Shown one piece after another: positions 40,288-51,629 of a stretch of 64,000 bases of DNA. The stretch is from NCBI GenBank assembly GCA_951406725.2, contig OX597818.1, positions 21,948,001-22,012,000 on the forward strand, written 5' to 3'. This DNA is from Octopus vulgaris (Eukaryota). A program made the position numbers and the translations under genes. The first letter of the stretch is position 1. Every line of letters begins with the position of its first letter. The notes below the pieces were generated by a model. It saw only the letters and a program-made list of their open reading frames with translations, was not told where the DNA came from and searched no databases.

Positions 40288-40710
40288 GCACAGATGTGAC
40301 TGAATGATGCGTGTGAACTTTGGATCAGTCCTACTGTGTAATATCTCAGACAAGGAACTTCTGCTATAGCCTTGGACTGACCAAAGCCTTGTGAGATGAT
40401 CTGGTAGACAGAAACTGAAATAAGCCTACTGAAAGTGTGCACATGTGATAGAGAGAGAGAGAGTGTGTGTGTGTGTGTATCTGTATGTTTGTGTGTACCT
40501 TTGTTTTGACATCACATGATGGCTGTAAATGAACAACATTGTCATATGAGTGATGTTGTTTATTTTCAGTCTTCTGTGAAAAACATATCTGACTATGAGG
40601 AAATATTACCTTGCTTGGAAGCAGGTGAGGGTTGGTAATAGGAAAATTTGACTCAAATTCTATCTAATTCATGCAAGTCTGTAAATGTGCACATTAAATG
40701 ATGATGATAA
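40288..40710 (+). mobile_element. Decayed SINE, family B head/core with RTE-type (ATG)n tail
   Basis: Core ACCAAAGCCTTGTGAG..GGTAGACAGAAACTGAAA, internal GA/GT microsatellite, tail ..ACATTAAATGATGATG. Similar copies at 45400-45843 and 53958-54248. Confidence 0.65.
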
Positions 40711-41154
40711 CATTTGTACGTAAGTCACAGCAGTAGATAAGTTGCTCTCTCTTTATGTTTACAATATTTTGGCTAAAGCCTTTTGACTCATTCACAAATT
40801 GTAGGTTGCCTTTCAGTAAAGTCCCCCAAATCATGGAGACACAACATGACAGCATATTTTTATGATCTATATCTGAAATGAACAGATTAACAAGTGCATT
40901 TTTAAATCACCATTCTTAATTGACTGAGAACATATACAGCATCAAATGGGTATTAAGATTATGGCTGGCCAATAGAGAACTGTGCACATGTTTAATATAT
41001 GTGGAAGTTGTTTTTGTGTGAGATGTCATCAGCATATACTTATTTACAATACTAATATTCAAATTGGCTGTATAGTGACATGATCAACCCACTTCACATA
41101 CTCAGTTATTTGCTAATGTGTATATATGTTCACATGTGTGCATGCTACAGATTT

Positions 41155-41341
41155 CAAGCCCAGAACAATGTTTGGTAGATAAATTGCTGGAGATTTTTCA
41201 TGCTTGTTTTTTTCCTTCAAGGAGGAAAAACTATGACATATACACTCAACAAGCCCAGAACAATGTTTGGTAGATAAATTACTGGAGATTTTTCATGCTT
41301 GTTTTTTTTTTTCCTTCGAGGAGGAAAAACTATGACATATA
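41155..41341. repeat. Local tandem duplication of ~95 bp (2 copies)
   Basis: CAAGCCCAGAACAATGTTTGGTAGATAAATT...GGAGGAAAAACTATGACATATA starts at 41155 and at 41250. Confidence 0.92.
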
Positions 41342-42069
41342 AATATAGAGTGTATATTGCAGTCACAATTGTAGTTGCTGATTTTGTTCTAGTTTTGTTT
41401 GTCAACTTCCTGAGTACATGCCCATTGAATTGATAGGTAAATTTGTCTTTTATTCACAGATACAGCTTGTATGATAATTTGTTAGAACATAGGCATACAT
41501 TTAACATATATTAACATATATTGGCCTCGTTCTTGTCTTCCAAACTTGATAATTTGCTCAACAAACAGCATCAGTTGGAAGAGATACTTGAAAGTAGTAA
41601 CACCACTGCTAGAGCCATACTGACATTCTACATGGACTGAAAGATAATAATTTTCAAGACTTTTTTTTTTTTTTTTTAGTATTGCAGTGATTTCATTTCT
41701 AAAACCATCAGTAGTGGGGTTTAACGATGTTAATGTTGTTCATCATAGTTATCTGATCAATGTACTAAAGTTCTTAGTTAATATATAACTTTTGAACTAG
41801 CTGCCAAATATGGGGTTAATTAAACACTGCCTGCTGCAAAATCTACTTTGAGGAATTCACTGATATATTATTTTTGAATGTTTCCCTGTTTACTAAAATA
41901 GAAAATTTCAATTTGAAATTAAATTAATTTCTAGAATGTTTTTCAGAATAAATGAAAAACATTTAATTATTAAAATTTAGATTTTTTTAAAATTCTACAA
42001 ACTCTCTCTTTAAAAGAGAAAAAAAACAACCCAAAAACCATGATTGAGAAAGTATATTTCTCTTATCAG

Positions 42070-42155
42070 GAACAACTTTATGACGAAGAAAGGCGTAGGA
42101 AAAAGATTCTTGAAGAAGCAGATATAGAAGCCAGAAAGCATTGTGATGTATTTAC
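42070..42155 (+). CDS. SORBS1: CAP/SORBS coding exon (EQLYDEERRRKKILEEADIEARKHCDVF-T); not in the ORF track
   Basis: Acceptor TCTCTTATCAG ending 42069 (phase 0) and donor AC|GTAAGT at 42156 (phase 2). The ADIEARKH motif resembles the conserved ADI.ARRH segment preceding SH3-1 in SORBS1/CAP (recalled, not aligned). Confidence 0.88.
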
Positions 42156-42590
42156 GTAAGTAAATTGCTACTTTTTCTTTTCTCTTTTTTGCTTTAATTC
42201 ATTTTCTTTCCTTTTTAATACCTTAGAGGGATGTAATTTCAGCACGCACACACACACACGCACAATTACATAGCTGTGTGTATGTGTGTGTGTGCAACTG
42301 TCCATGTTAATGCCCATGTTTATATTTACATATCTAAACTCATTTGTAATTGCATTGTGTCTCTTTATGTCTTGTAACAGTGGTTCAAAAAAGATAGCAT
42401 TAACATAAAAACCAAGATTAATGTCAAGATCAATATGACTGTCTGAACCCTTGACAGCAGAACCCTATCTATTATGGCTACAATCCAGTGACTGAAACTG
42501 ATAATAAACATTCCCACTGACATACATTCATAATGAAGGTAGCCCTCAATACATGGTGTTCAGTTATTTAATATATTTATTTAAACTTAA

Positions 42591-43007
42591 AGGGCAGCGA
42601 GCTGGCAGAATTGTTAGCATGCCGGGCAAAATGCTTGGTGGTATTTCGTCTGCTGTTACGTTGTGAGTTCAAATTCCGCCGAGGTCGACTTTACTTTTCA
42701 TCCTTTCGGGGTCGATAAATTAAGTACCAGTTAAGCACTGGGGGCGATATAATCGACTTAATACCTATGTCTGTCCATGTTTGTCCCCTCTATGTTCAGC
42801 CCCTTGTGGGTAATAAAGAAATAGGTATTTCGTCTGCTGTTACATTCTGAGTTCAAATTCCGCTGAGGTCAAATTTGCTTTTCATCCTTTTGGGGTTGAT
42901 TAAATAAGTACCAGTTACGCACTGGGGTCGATGTAATCGACTTAATCCCTTTGTCTGTCCTTGTTTGTCCCCTCTTTGTTTAGCCCCCTGTGGGCAATAA
43001 AGAAATA
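42591..43007 (+). mobile_element. Dimeric SINE family A (full monomer plus 5'-truncated monomer) with 18-bp TSD
   Basis: GGTATTTCGTCTGCTGTTAC...AATAAAGAAATA occurs twice; flanks are AATATATTTATTTAAACT (42570-42587) and AATATATTTACTTAAACT (43008-43025). Confidence 0.88.
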
Positions 43008-43485
43008 AATATATTTACTTAAACTGGAATTTTGGTCACTGCTTGAATTTCGCACTTTGCATTCTTTCAATTGACTCTTTTTATGTAATGTGAATAAGAT
43101 GAGGTTCAAGATAAGGTTCCCCCAATCTGTCTAAGTGAGTAGTACCCCTAAATTTAAGCTAACTCTGACCATGATGACCCATCCAACTCTTTCTAGCATG
43201 GAGAGTGGACATAAAACAGTGATGATGATGATGATGATGATGACAATGACAACAACAATTTATTATTATTATTATTATTATTATTATCATCATGAGGTGG
43301 GGTGATTATTGACATTTCAGGCAGGGACTTTTTTTTTTTAAAACTCACCTCTCTTCACATTATACAATCTTATCTTGGTTTATGACACAGACTATGACTA
43401 GTTTCTTTGAACTCTAGTGTTTACTCACTTTTTCTCTGTTTTTTTTTTCACTATTTATGTGTGTGTATATGCCTATGTATTTTTA

Positions 43486-43705
43486 TATGAGGGGGTGCTG
43501 AAAAGTTCCTGGCTTTGGGTAAGAGAAAATACTGGAGGATCAGTTAATTATGATTTTATTCAACATATTCACACACTTGTTGCAGCAGTCCTTCAGTTTT
43601 TACAAGCCCTGTAAAAGAACTCAAAAGGTTGGGCCTCAAACTTGGCCTTTTGCGATACCCTTACAGCCAGAAAACTTTTCAACCCACCCCACCCCACCCC
43701 TCGTA
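43486..43705. mobile_element. Mariner-type MITE
   Basis: TA-TGAGGGGGTGCTGAAAAGTTCCTGGCT ... AGCCAGAAAACTTTTCAAC(CCACC)nCCTCG-TA; TA TSDs. The right TIR carries a CCACC expansion. Confidence 0.8.
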
Positions 43706-44671
43706 TAATATACATGTGTTTGTGTGGTGTGTCTGTGTGTATATATGCACACACAGATATATATACATACATGTATATGTATGTATAGACGTGTGTTTAT
43801 ATATATGTATGCACACACACACACACACACATTTATATTGAGTGACTGATTATCTGATTAATTAATTGTTAGTTTTTGCTTCATCATCAAATTTCCCTTG
43901 CTTTGTATGATGTATATGTTGCTGTGTCAATGTAAATTTATGTGTAGGTGAGTCTGTTGGTTTTGGTCTTTCATGACAGATTAATAATTACAATGCATCA
44001 AAGTGAATACCAAACCTGCATATTCCAAACTGTGTTGCACATTCCTGGTATTGATTTTAGGTATAGCTTTCAGTACTGTTGAGATCATACCCAGCCCCTT
44101 CTGTCCCATGCCATCTCATTTTACCATTTCACTAATCAGTTAAAGACTTGTCATAATTCACTTCTTCACCTTCTCTCTACCATACCTATTGTATGCTTCC
44201 AGCAAATTGTAATTTTTTAAATAGGAAATGATACTGCCACCCCAATCACTATCCATATACCCTCATCCCTTTCATCTCCTCCCCCATATTTTCTCTGCTG
44301 ACTCACGGCTAAAGATTATATGTATTGTAATGTCAGCTGACAACCAGCTAATTATATGCTTTCATCTATCAATCAACCAGTTGTATGCTCCTGTCCATGC
44401 CATTACAGGAAGTAGTCTGGTTTTTCTTATCCAGTTTACATCATCCAATGAACTGGATTGACATCAGGAAGACTCCAAAGCTACAAGCACTTGGATCAGC
44501 CTGAATAAGTTACGGAATACCCTTGTGTGTGTGTGTGTGTGTGTGCATGTGTGTGTGTGCACATGCTTACTGTCAAAACTGGCAGTCTAACCACTGAATT
44601 AACAGAGATTGATAAAACAATTTCCTGGTTAAGATAAGTACTGGAATTGATATTAGTAACTGAAACTCTTG

Positions 44672-44850
44672 AAATGTTTAGCGGTACTTCGCTTGTCTTT
44701 ACATTGTGAGTTCAAATTCCACCAAGGTTGACTTTGCTTTTCATCCTTTTGGGGTTAATAAATATAGTACCAGCTGCATACTGGGATTAATCTAATTGAC
44801 TGGCCCCCTCCCCCAAAATTTCGGGCCTTGTGCCTAGAGTAGAAAAGAAT
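44672..44850 (+). mobile_element. 5'-truncated SINE family A
   Basis: GAGTTCAAATTCCACCAAGGTTGACTTTGCTTTTCATCC...GGGCCTTGTGCCTAGAGTAGAAAAGAAT; same tail as the 56635-56848 copy. Confidence 0.8.
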
Positions 44851-45399
44851 ATAACAGAATACCCATGACAGAATACAAACCACAGGCCTTTCAACTGTTC
44901 TTTAATTTGCTATCACTCAGAGTTCTACAACTAAAGTTTTTGTCATGATTGTGTATGCATAGTCATGAATGTAAGTACTTGGTTGTAGATGTGATTATGT
45001 TGAGTTGCTAGAGTATTGAATGTTGCCCTCTGTTCATGGCCATTACTTAATTCTTACTGACTCATTCTTCTGCTGCTCTGAACTAGCTATATGAATATTG
45101 TCTCTACCCTCTTTACATCCTTCTCTGAGACCTTCCCTGTTTCTTACTTCCCAGATCCTACACTAAACACTTCAATTCAGACTTTACTCTCCAAAATTAC
45201 AAGCCTCTGAAATTCATTTCTTGACCACATTTTTCCAAATTACACTGATCTACAGATTTTCATAGTGAAACCAGCCATATCAATTCTCACTAACCTGGAA
45301 AACCTAACATGGATATTGTCCCTGCTAGTCTAACTTAAAAACTAGTGAAAACAAATTCATCAGAATATAAATAGGTACTTTAGTTTGCTATGGTATAGA

Positions 45400-45843
45400 G
45401 TTAATCATTTCTTTCAGAGTAAGTTGGGCTTGCTTCCCAAGTACATGGTTTCAGGTTCAGTCCCACTAAATGACATCTTGAGTGTCTTCTACTACTGGGC
45501 TGATCAAAGGTTTCTGAATAGATTTGGTAGAGAGAAACTGAAAGAAGCTTGTTGTATTTATGTATGCATGTGTGTGTGTGGGGGGGGGGGGCGTTAGTTA
45601 CTGTCTCCTTGACTTGACATTGCATGATAGTTGTAAACAAGTGTCACAGCCATGCAATTAGTGTCCTTCATTTCCAGTCTTCCATAGAAACATATCTGGT
45701 CATGGAGAAATACTACCTTACTTGGAAACAATTGAAGCTTGGCAACAGGAAGGGTATTTTACTGTAGAAAATCTGCCACAACAAATTCCATCTAACCTAT
45801 GTGAGCATGGAAAATTGGACATTAAAATCATGATGATGATGAT
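45400..45843 (+). mobile_element. Decayed SINE, family B with RTE-type (ATG)n tail
   Basis: CTTGCTTCCCAA..CATGGTTTCAGGTTCAGTCCCACT head, core GATTTGGTAGAGAGAAACTGAAAGAAGC, tail GGCAACAGGAAGGG..GGACATTAAAATCATGATGATG. The 5' boundary is approximate. Confidence 0.7.
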
Positions 45844-45853
45844 AGTCAATACC

Positions 45854-46083
45854 TTGACCCTTTAGCATTTAAACAGGCCATATTTGGGCCAAATATTTTA
45901 CCTAGTTTATGTTAAAACTGGCCTTATCCAGCCCCTCGCACCTGCCCTACAAAGTCAGTCTAAAAACATACAGCCACATCATCAAAATCTCTAAGCTATA
46001 CAAGGTAATGCATGATTAATTCAAAATAGTGTGAATACATAAGCATTACATTTGACAGAGTAATCTAAATGCTAAAGGATTAA
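45854..46083. mobile_element. piggyBac-type MITE
   Basis: TTGA-CCCTTTAGCATTTA ... TAAATGCTAAAGGA-TTAA; homologous to 17367-17578. Confidence 0.75.
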
Positions 46084-47703
46084 GTTATCTTGTGTCTCAG
46101 CCAAACTCAAAACCCTCTTTCAGTTCTTAGTTGAAGCCATTTCACTTCACTGATGCTGATAATGTCTCTGGAAAATGTGCCAGTTCTCTCTCCTTTATAT
46201 CTGATGTATTTTGCTTAAAAGTGAAATTTATATTTATTGTCAACTAAAAATGTGTGTATAAGACATATCTTATTAAGCTGCCACATAGCCCATTGAAACC
46301 CCTTGACAAATTCTCTTTTCATTTCTTCATCAGAACTCCAGCTGACAGGAATTCTGTACTTGCCTTGCCTACTTCCATCTGTGTTACTGTAATATTTCAA
46401 AGCATTACCTCAGTGGCAAAAACATCAAAATCAGTTATCCCTATCACCTTTAAACTACAGGCATTACTTTTCTCTTCCACTTTATCTTCATTCTCTTCTA
46501 AAGAAAAAAAGAAAATCTAAAAACTTCACCCAATGAGCCATTTTAAAATGTCTTTCTGTCTGTGTTTTTGTCCCCCACTACTGCATGACAATTGGTGTTG
46601 GTGTGTTTATGTCCCTGTAACTTAGCAGTTTGGCAAAAGAGATTGATAGAATAAAAGCTTTAAAAAATATGTACTGGGGTTGATACATCTGACTAAAAAT
46701 TCTTCAAGGTGGTGCCGCAGCATATTTACAGTCTAATGACTGAAACAAGTAAAAGATAAAAGGTTTAAATTAAAGCCTTCCATTGTAATTTTGTATAAGA
46801 ATCTTTTCCTATGTTTCAAACACCACTTTGATAATGAAAAGTTAATTGTTCTTTAAAATCTCTCCAAATCGGTGATTATTTTCAAAATGAATTGAAACAG
46901 AAATGTGGTTAAAGGGTTAGAATATAAGTTAGGTAAATATTTTGAGACACTCTTATGGAGTTTTCCTAATTTATTAATTAATATAGGTTTCACAATTCAA
47001 GTCTTACTTTTGAAGGTCAAGAAATACTTCAGGTTTAATCAGTTCCTGACTCTACAAATCCCAGCTAAGATCCAAAATACATTACACATCTGGGATGCCA
47101 CAACTGTTAATTAAATACATGTATACATGCATATGTGCATGCTTGCACATGTGCACACACACACACACAAACACTGCATCCATAAGAAAGCTATCCATGT
47201 GACAAAGAAATACTTATCTACTCACTAGAAAGGATGTCTCGTCACTCTGCCTAGTTTGTTACTACTACAACGGTGTCTTCTTGGAACTACTGAGTTTGGG
47301 CATAGGTTTTCCCTTTTCTCACCACCCATACTCTTAAGTCCACATTAGCCACTTTACTACATCCTTCCTTCTCAAAATGCCAACCCTCTAGATTTCACTC
47401 CCATTTGTAGATGTTGAACAAAATGTTTAACCCAAACATCATCCATATCAGTTTTAGGAAGCCTGTAAAATTCATTATTTGCATATAATCTGTATTATAT
47501 ATTTTTTAATACATGTATTTTATTTTTTAAATCTTCTCTCATCATATTTTGTCTGTCTATGCTTCATAATTTTTCCTTTATGCTATGATCATATTTACAG
47601 CTCCTTCAAATTTTGTGTCTCTGAATTTTATAACAATAATGTGATAATGATGTAAATGAATAATTAATTGAATGCCAAATTTCCTTATTTCTTGCCATTT
47701 CAG

Positions 47704-47748
47704 TAGATCCAGCCCACTTCGTATAATTTCCTATTCTAGAGATTTTGG
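47704..47748 (+). CDS. Candidate 45-nt alternative exon of CAP/SORBS (T-RSSPLRIISYSRDF-G), phase 2/2
   Basis: Acceptor TTCCTTATTTCTTGCCATTTCAG (tandem CAG-TAG) and consensus donor GG|GTAAGT at 47749. It is open in exactly the frame required between exons 42070-42155 and 57534-57674. Confidence 0.55.
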
Positions 47749-48357
47749 GTAAGTGGAAGTATAAGCTAAGACAAAAGCAAATCCTTCCCTCTCTGTGCAC
47801 CCACCTCCAGTGGCTGAATCCACCCAGCTGTGTTATTCCTTTTCTATGGCTGATGTTGTTGTTATTGTTGTTTAGCAAGTGTTGCCATCTTAATAATATG
47901 CATATGTTTGCTCTCAGTGTTTATTTATTTATGTATATTTACAAACACTTGCACTTAAGTATCATTATTAGAATTTTTATTGTAAGATAATATTTAGTTA
48001 CATCTTCTGACATTCTGAGTTAAAACTCCCAATGAGGTTGACTTTGCCTTTCATCCAATGGGGTGCAATAAAATAAGTACTAGAGTCAGGATAGGTATTG
48101 GAGTAATTTCAGAAATGTGTAGCCCTGTACCTGTGTAATAGTAAATAAATTAATGATATTATAAGAAAAACTTGAACACTGGACCAAATGCTTTGCAAGG
48201 TTTGATTACATTTCTTTATAAATTCAACACTTTTGCAAGTTAAAAAAAGTACATCTTAATTGTATAATTACACAGTGTTCCCACTACCTACAACAGTAAG
48301 CTGCATCTACTCATATATAGTGTCTATTTGGTGTAAGGTAGACCAAGCCAGTAAGGT

Positions 48358-48788
48358 TCAACCCTTTTGATTCCAATTCCATCTGAAATTCTGTTTCTAT
48401 GATATAAAATTTCCCTCTTAAATTAAAACTGTCCACCTTAATTTCATGTTAATTTAGGTTTTAAACACCAGCTTATTAATGATTAATGTTTTTACTTAAA
48501 TTCTTCTCTAATTTCAAAATTACTTTAACCCTTTCATTACCAACCCAGCTGAAACCGGCTCTAGTTTTGAGTACAAATGTCTTGTTTTCATAAGTTCTAA
48601 ATTAAAGTCTTTCACCAAACCTTAGTCACAATTTATGTTCCTAACACTAGCTGAATGATAACTAAGTTATTTTACTAAATTCTTTGTTATATTTAAAGTA
48701 ATTGAAAGAAACACAGAGCATCTCAAAATAAATACAGTAATGAAAGGGTTAAGCAAAATCAACAGAGATATGGTAACAAAAGGGTTAA
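48358..48788. mobile_element. Nested piggyBac-type MITEs: inner 48525-48752 inside outer 48358-48788
   Basis: Inner: TTAA-CCCTTTCATTAC...GTAATGAAAGGG-TTAA (perfect 12-bp TIR and TTAA TSD). Outer: TCAA-CCCTTTTGATTCCA...TGGTAACAAAAGGG-TTAA (12/14 TIR match). Confidence 0.8.
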
Positions 48789-51629
48789 GTGGTTGTCTTA
48801 CAGACCACAGACCAGAGTTGGTCACTGGATATGAACCATTTCTTCTTTGTTCAGCAAACTGATAGTCTGGCATCTCACCCCAGCTTCACCTCTTGTAACA
48901 TTATCTTGATAAAGGAGTAATTTAACCTTGACAATACACTCACTGTTGGTGAATGTATTGTCAGTCAATTTGCCACCCCATTGACACTATCACTGTGCAT
49001 ATAGTCAATCTATATACCATCTACACAAACACACACACTTGCACACATCAACACTGTCAGGGAATATATCACATAGTCAATTTACTCCAACCTCCTCCAA
49101 TAGCAGTAACCATATTGATATTTCAAATGGAGTCAATTTACTTTTATTGTTGATGTAATCTTAAGAACAGTATGAACATCACACAGTCTCATTCACTCAA
49201 TGTATTTCCAATATAATTACGGGGACTTGAGCCCGAGAAATGGGAATTTCAATTATTGTTAAATCTATTTCATCGAGGTAAAAAAAAAAAGGCAAATAGA
49301 AATGCAAAACAAATAAGGCTATTTTATAACTTTCATAAAACAAAATTCCAGTTATTCAACTTAATTGTGCTTTTTCATTTTTTGTCTTCATTTCTATTTA
49401 TTTCTTATTTTTACTTTTATTATTGTTTTCTTTGTTTAATTTTGTTTTAATCTTATAATTTCCGCTTCTGATTTAATTGTTGACCTTGTTAAAGGACCTT
49501 TCTGTATCATCAGTTCCATGGATATTAATGTATCTTTCCACAGGATCTATTTGTTTAAACTTTTAATCTGGTGTAACCTAAAGACAATTGATCAATGTGT
49601 TAGAAACAATTATATTAATAATATAAAATTACTATATTAAATTTTGATTAAAAGTCAGGCGTAGCTGTGTGGTAAGAAGTTTGCTTCCCAACCACATGGT
49701 TCTGGATTCAATCCTGCTGGAACTTCATCCATAACTCAATTTAATATTACTACCTAGATCTTCAGTGCCATGAGAAGATTCCCATTTGTTATAAGCTTTC
49801 AACATCAGGTCTGAAGTTAATCTCATACACTGATGTGCTGCATCCTACTCTGGAAACCCCTGAATTTTGGTTTCTCTCCTATCCACCCACGCCTCATCAA
49901 TCTTGGGACTTTGCAAAAAGATCATGGACATTGCCCTTATTACTCTGATGAAAACACACACATACACAAACCAATCAATAACTATTGTCTTTAATGACAT
50001 CGATTAGATTTTCAAGCTAAATTTCCTTATTTTTATAATTTTAAAATTAAAATGGTTGTTTAAAACAAAATTTTATTGTTTTAGTTATGGTTTATCATAT
50101 TTAATTTATATTTAACTTGGTATTGAACTTCTGATATAGAATGGTCCTATATGCATGACTAATGTTGCTTCTCTCACCAGTGCCAAGTATTTTATTGCTC
50201 ACCTCCCTTGTCAGTTTTGCATGATGGAAATCTAAATGTGTTTATATTTATTAATTTTCCAGTTTTTCTTTTTTTTTTTTTTTTCTCATCATGTTGTGTG
50301 TAATGTGTCTCTGAAGTTGTTTGTTAAAGTCTAAATTACATATTAAAAAAATGCAGATTAACAATAACGGTACATTCCCGAAACATTATCATACAACTTT
50401 AAACAGGTTTTCCTTGTTCCATTTTGGTTTCCATTTACCTTTTTCTTTTCTTTTTTTTTTTTACATGGTGGCAATCCAATTCATTTTCTTGTACCCCACT
50501 ACAAACATTCCACTATTATCAATATTATTATAATAATTACAATTTATTGATCTATTTTGTTTGTCTAGCAGACGCCTACCTCTCTCTCTAATACTCTTCT
50601 TTCTTCCACTCTGACTTTCACTATTTCATTATTATTTTATTTTTTTTTGCATTTTGTTGTATTTGTTTTATTTATTTTTTTTTTTTAGATTTGCAACATC
50701 TACATTCCTTCGATCTGTCAGTGTTCAATATACAATTTCAGTGTTGCTTTGTTCTTTTGTAAATAATCTGTTGCTGACTCATCAATAGTTTCTCTCCTTT
50801 CTCTTTTCCCATCTCTGAGCATGCATATCTAAGCTATTTCTCTTCCTTTTTTGACCAAAATTAAGTTATACACAAACCCTATGCATTATAAGCTAATTGG
50901 CACTGTCCAAGCCATGCATCTTGAAGTGCATTCACATCTATGACACAAGGCCTTCACTACAAACATTATTTGATGTCTTACTTCCATGGTGTCTTCTTGA
51001 GCAGAGCTGATCACATCTATGCAACACCACCAGAGTAGTTTATACAGTAGATTGTATTTGTTGATGATGATGTTCAGTCACACCCTTCAGTGTCATTATA
51101 AAAATATATGATCACATCTTTGAAATTTTGATGTTAGGAAGCTATGAATTTTATATGTCTTCAATGTGAAACATATATATCGAAAAACTGTAAAATCTAC
51201 AAAACACATATATTGAACATCTACAAAACATGAAATTCCACTAAACTTCATTAGTCTTTTGACAAAGAGGTTATCTGAAATATTAGTTTAACAATGTTTA
51301 TATTTGTGTGTGTTTTTAGGCCTGGAAACAATGTAGCTGAGTTAATTCAGATGTTTGACTGAAACCCAAAGAGGTTTAGCATATTTTCCAAAGGCACAAC
51401 AAACCACTATTGCAGTTTAGATATAGAAACTTTGACCTGTGGGCTGAGAAATCTCTTTATTTCACCGATTCCAAGTAGCCATTGCTGTACTTCATCCCTT
51501 GTTAATATTAGATAAAAATACTAATCTACTTTATATTACTTAATATCAATCAGCCTTGTACATCACTTGATTGATTAAAATTTGCTAATTATGAACTCAC
51601 AGACACTGCAAAAACATTTTGTTCTTTGC

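Noticed and set aside
50689-50720. Strong U-tract acceptor followed by a GTCAGT donor
   Set aside because: The implied 28-nt exon would shift the frame between the flanking phase-2 exons; no other support.
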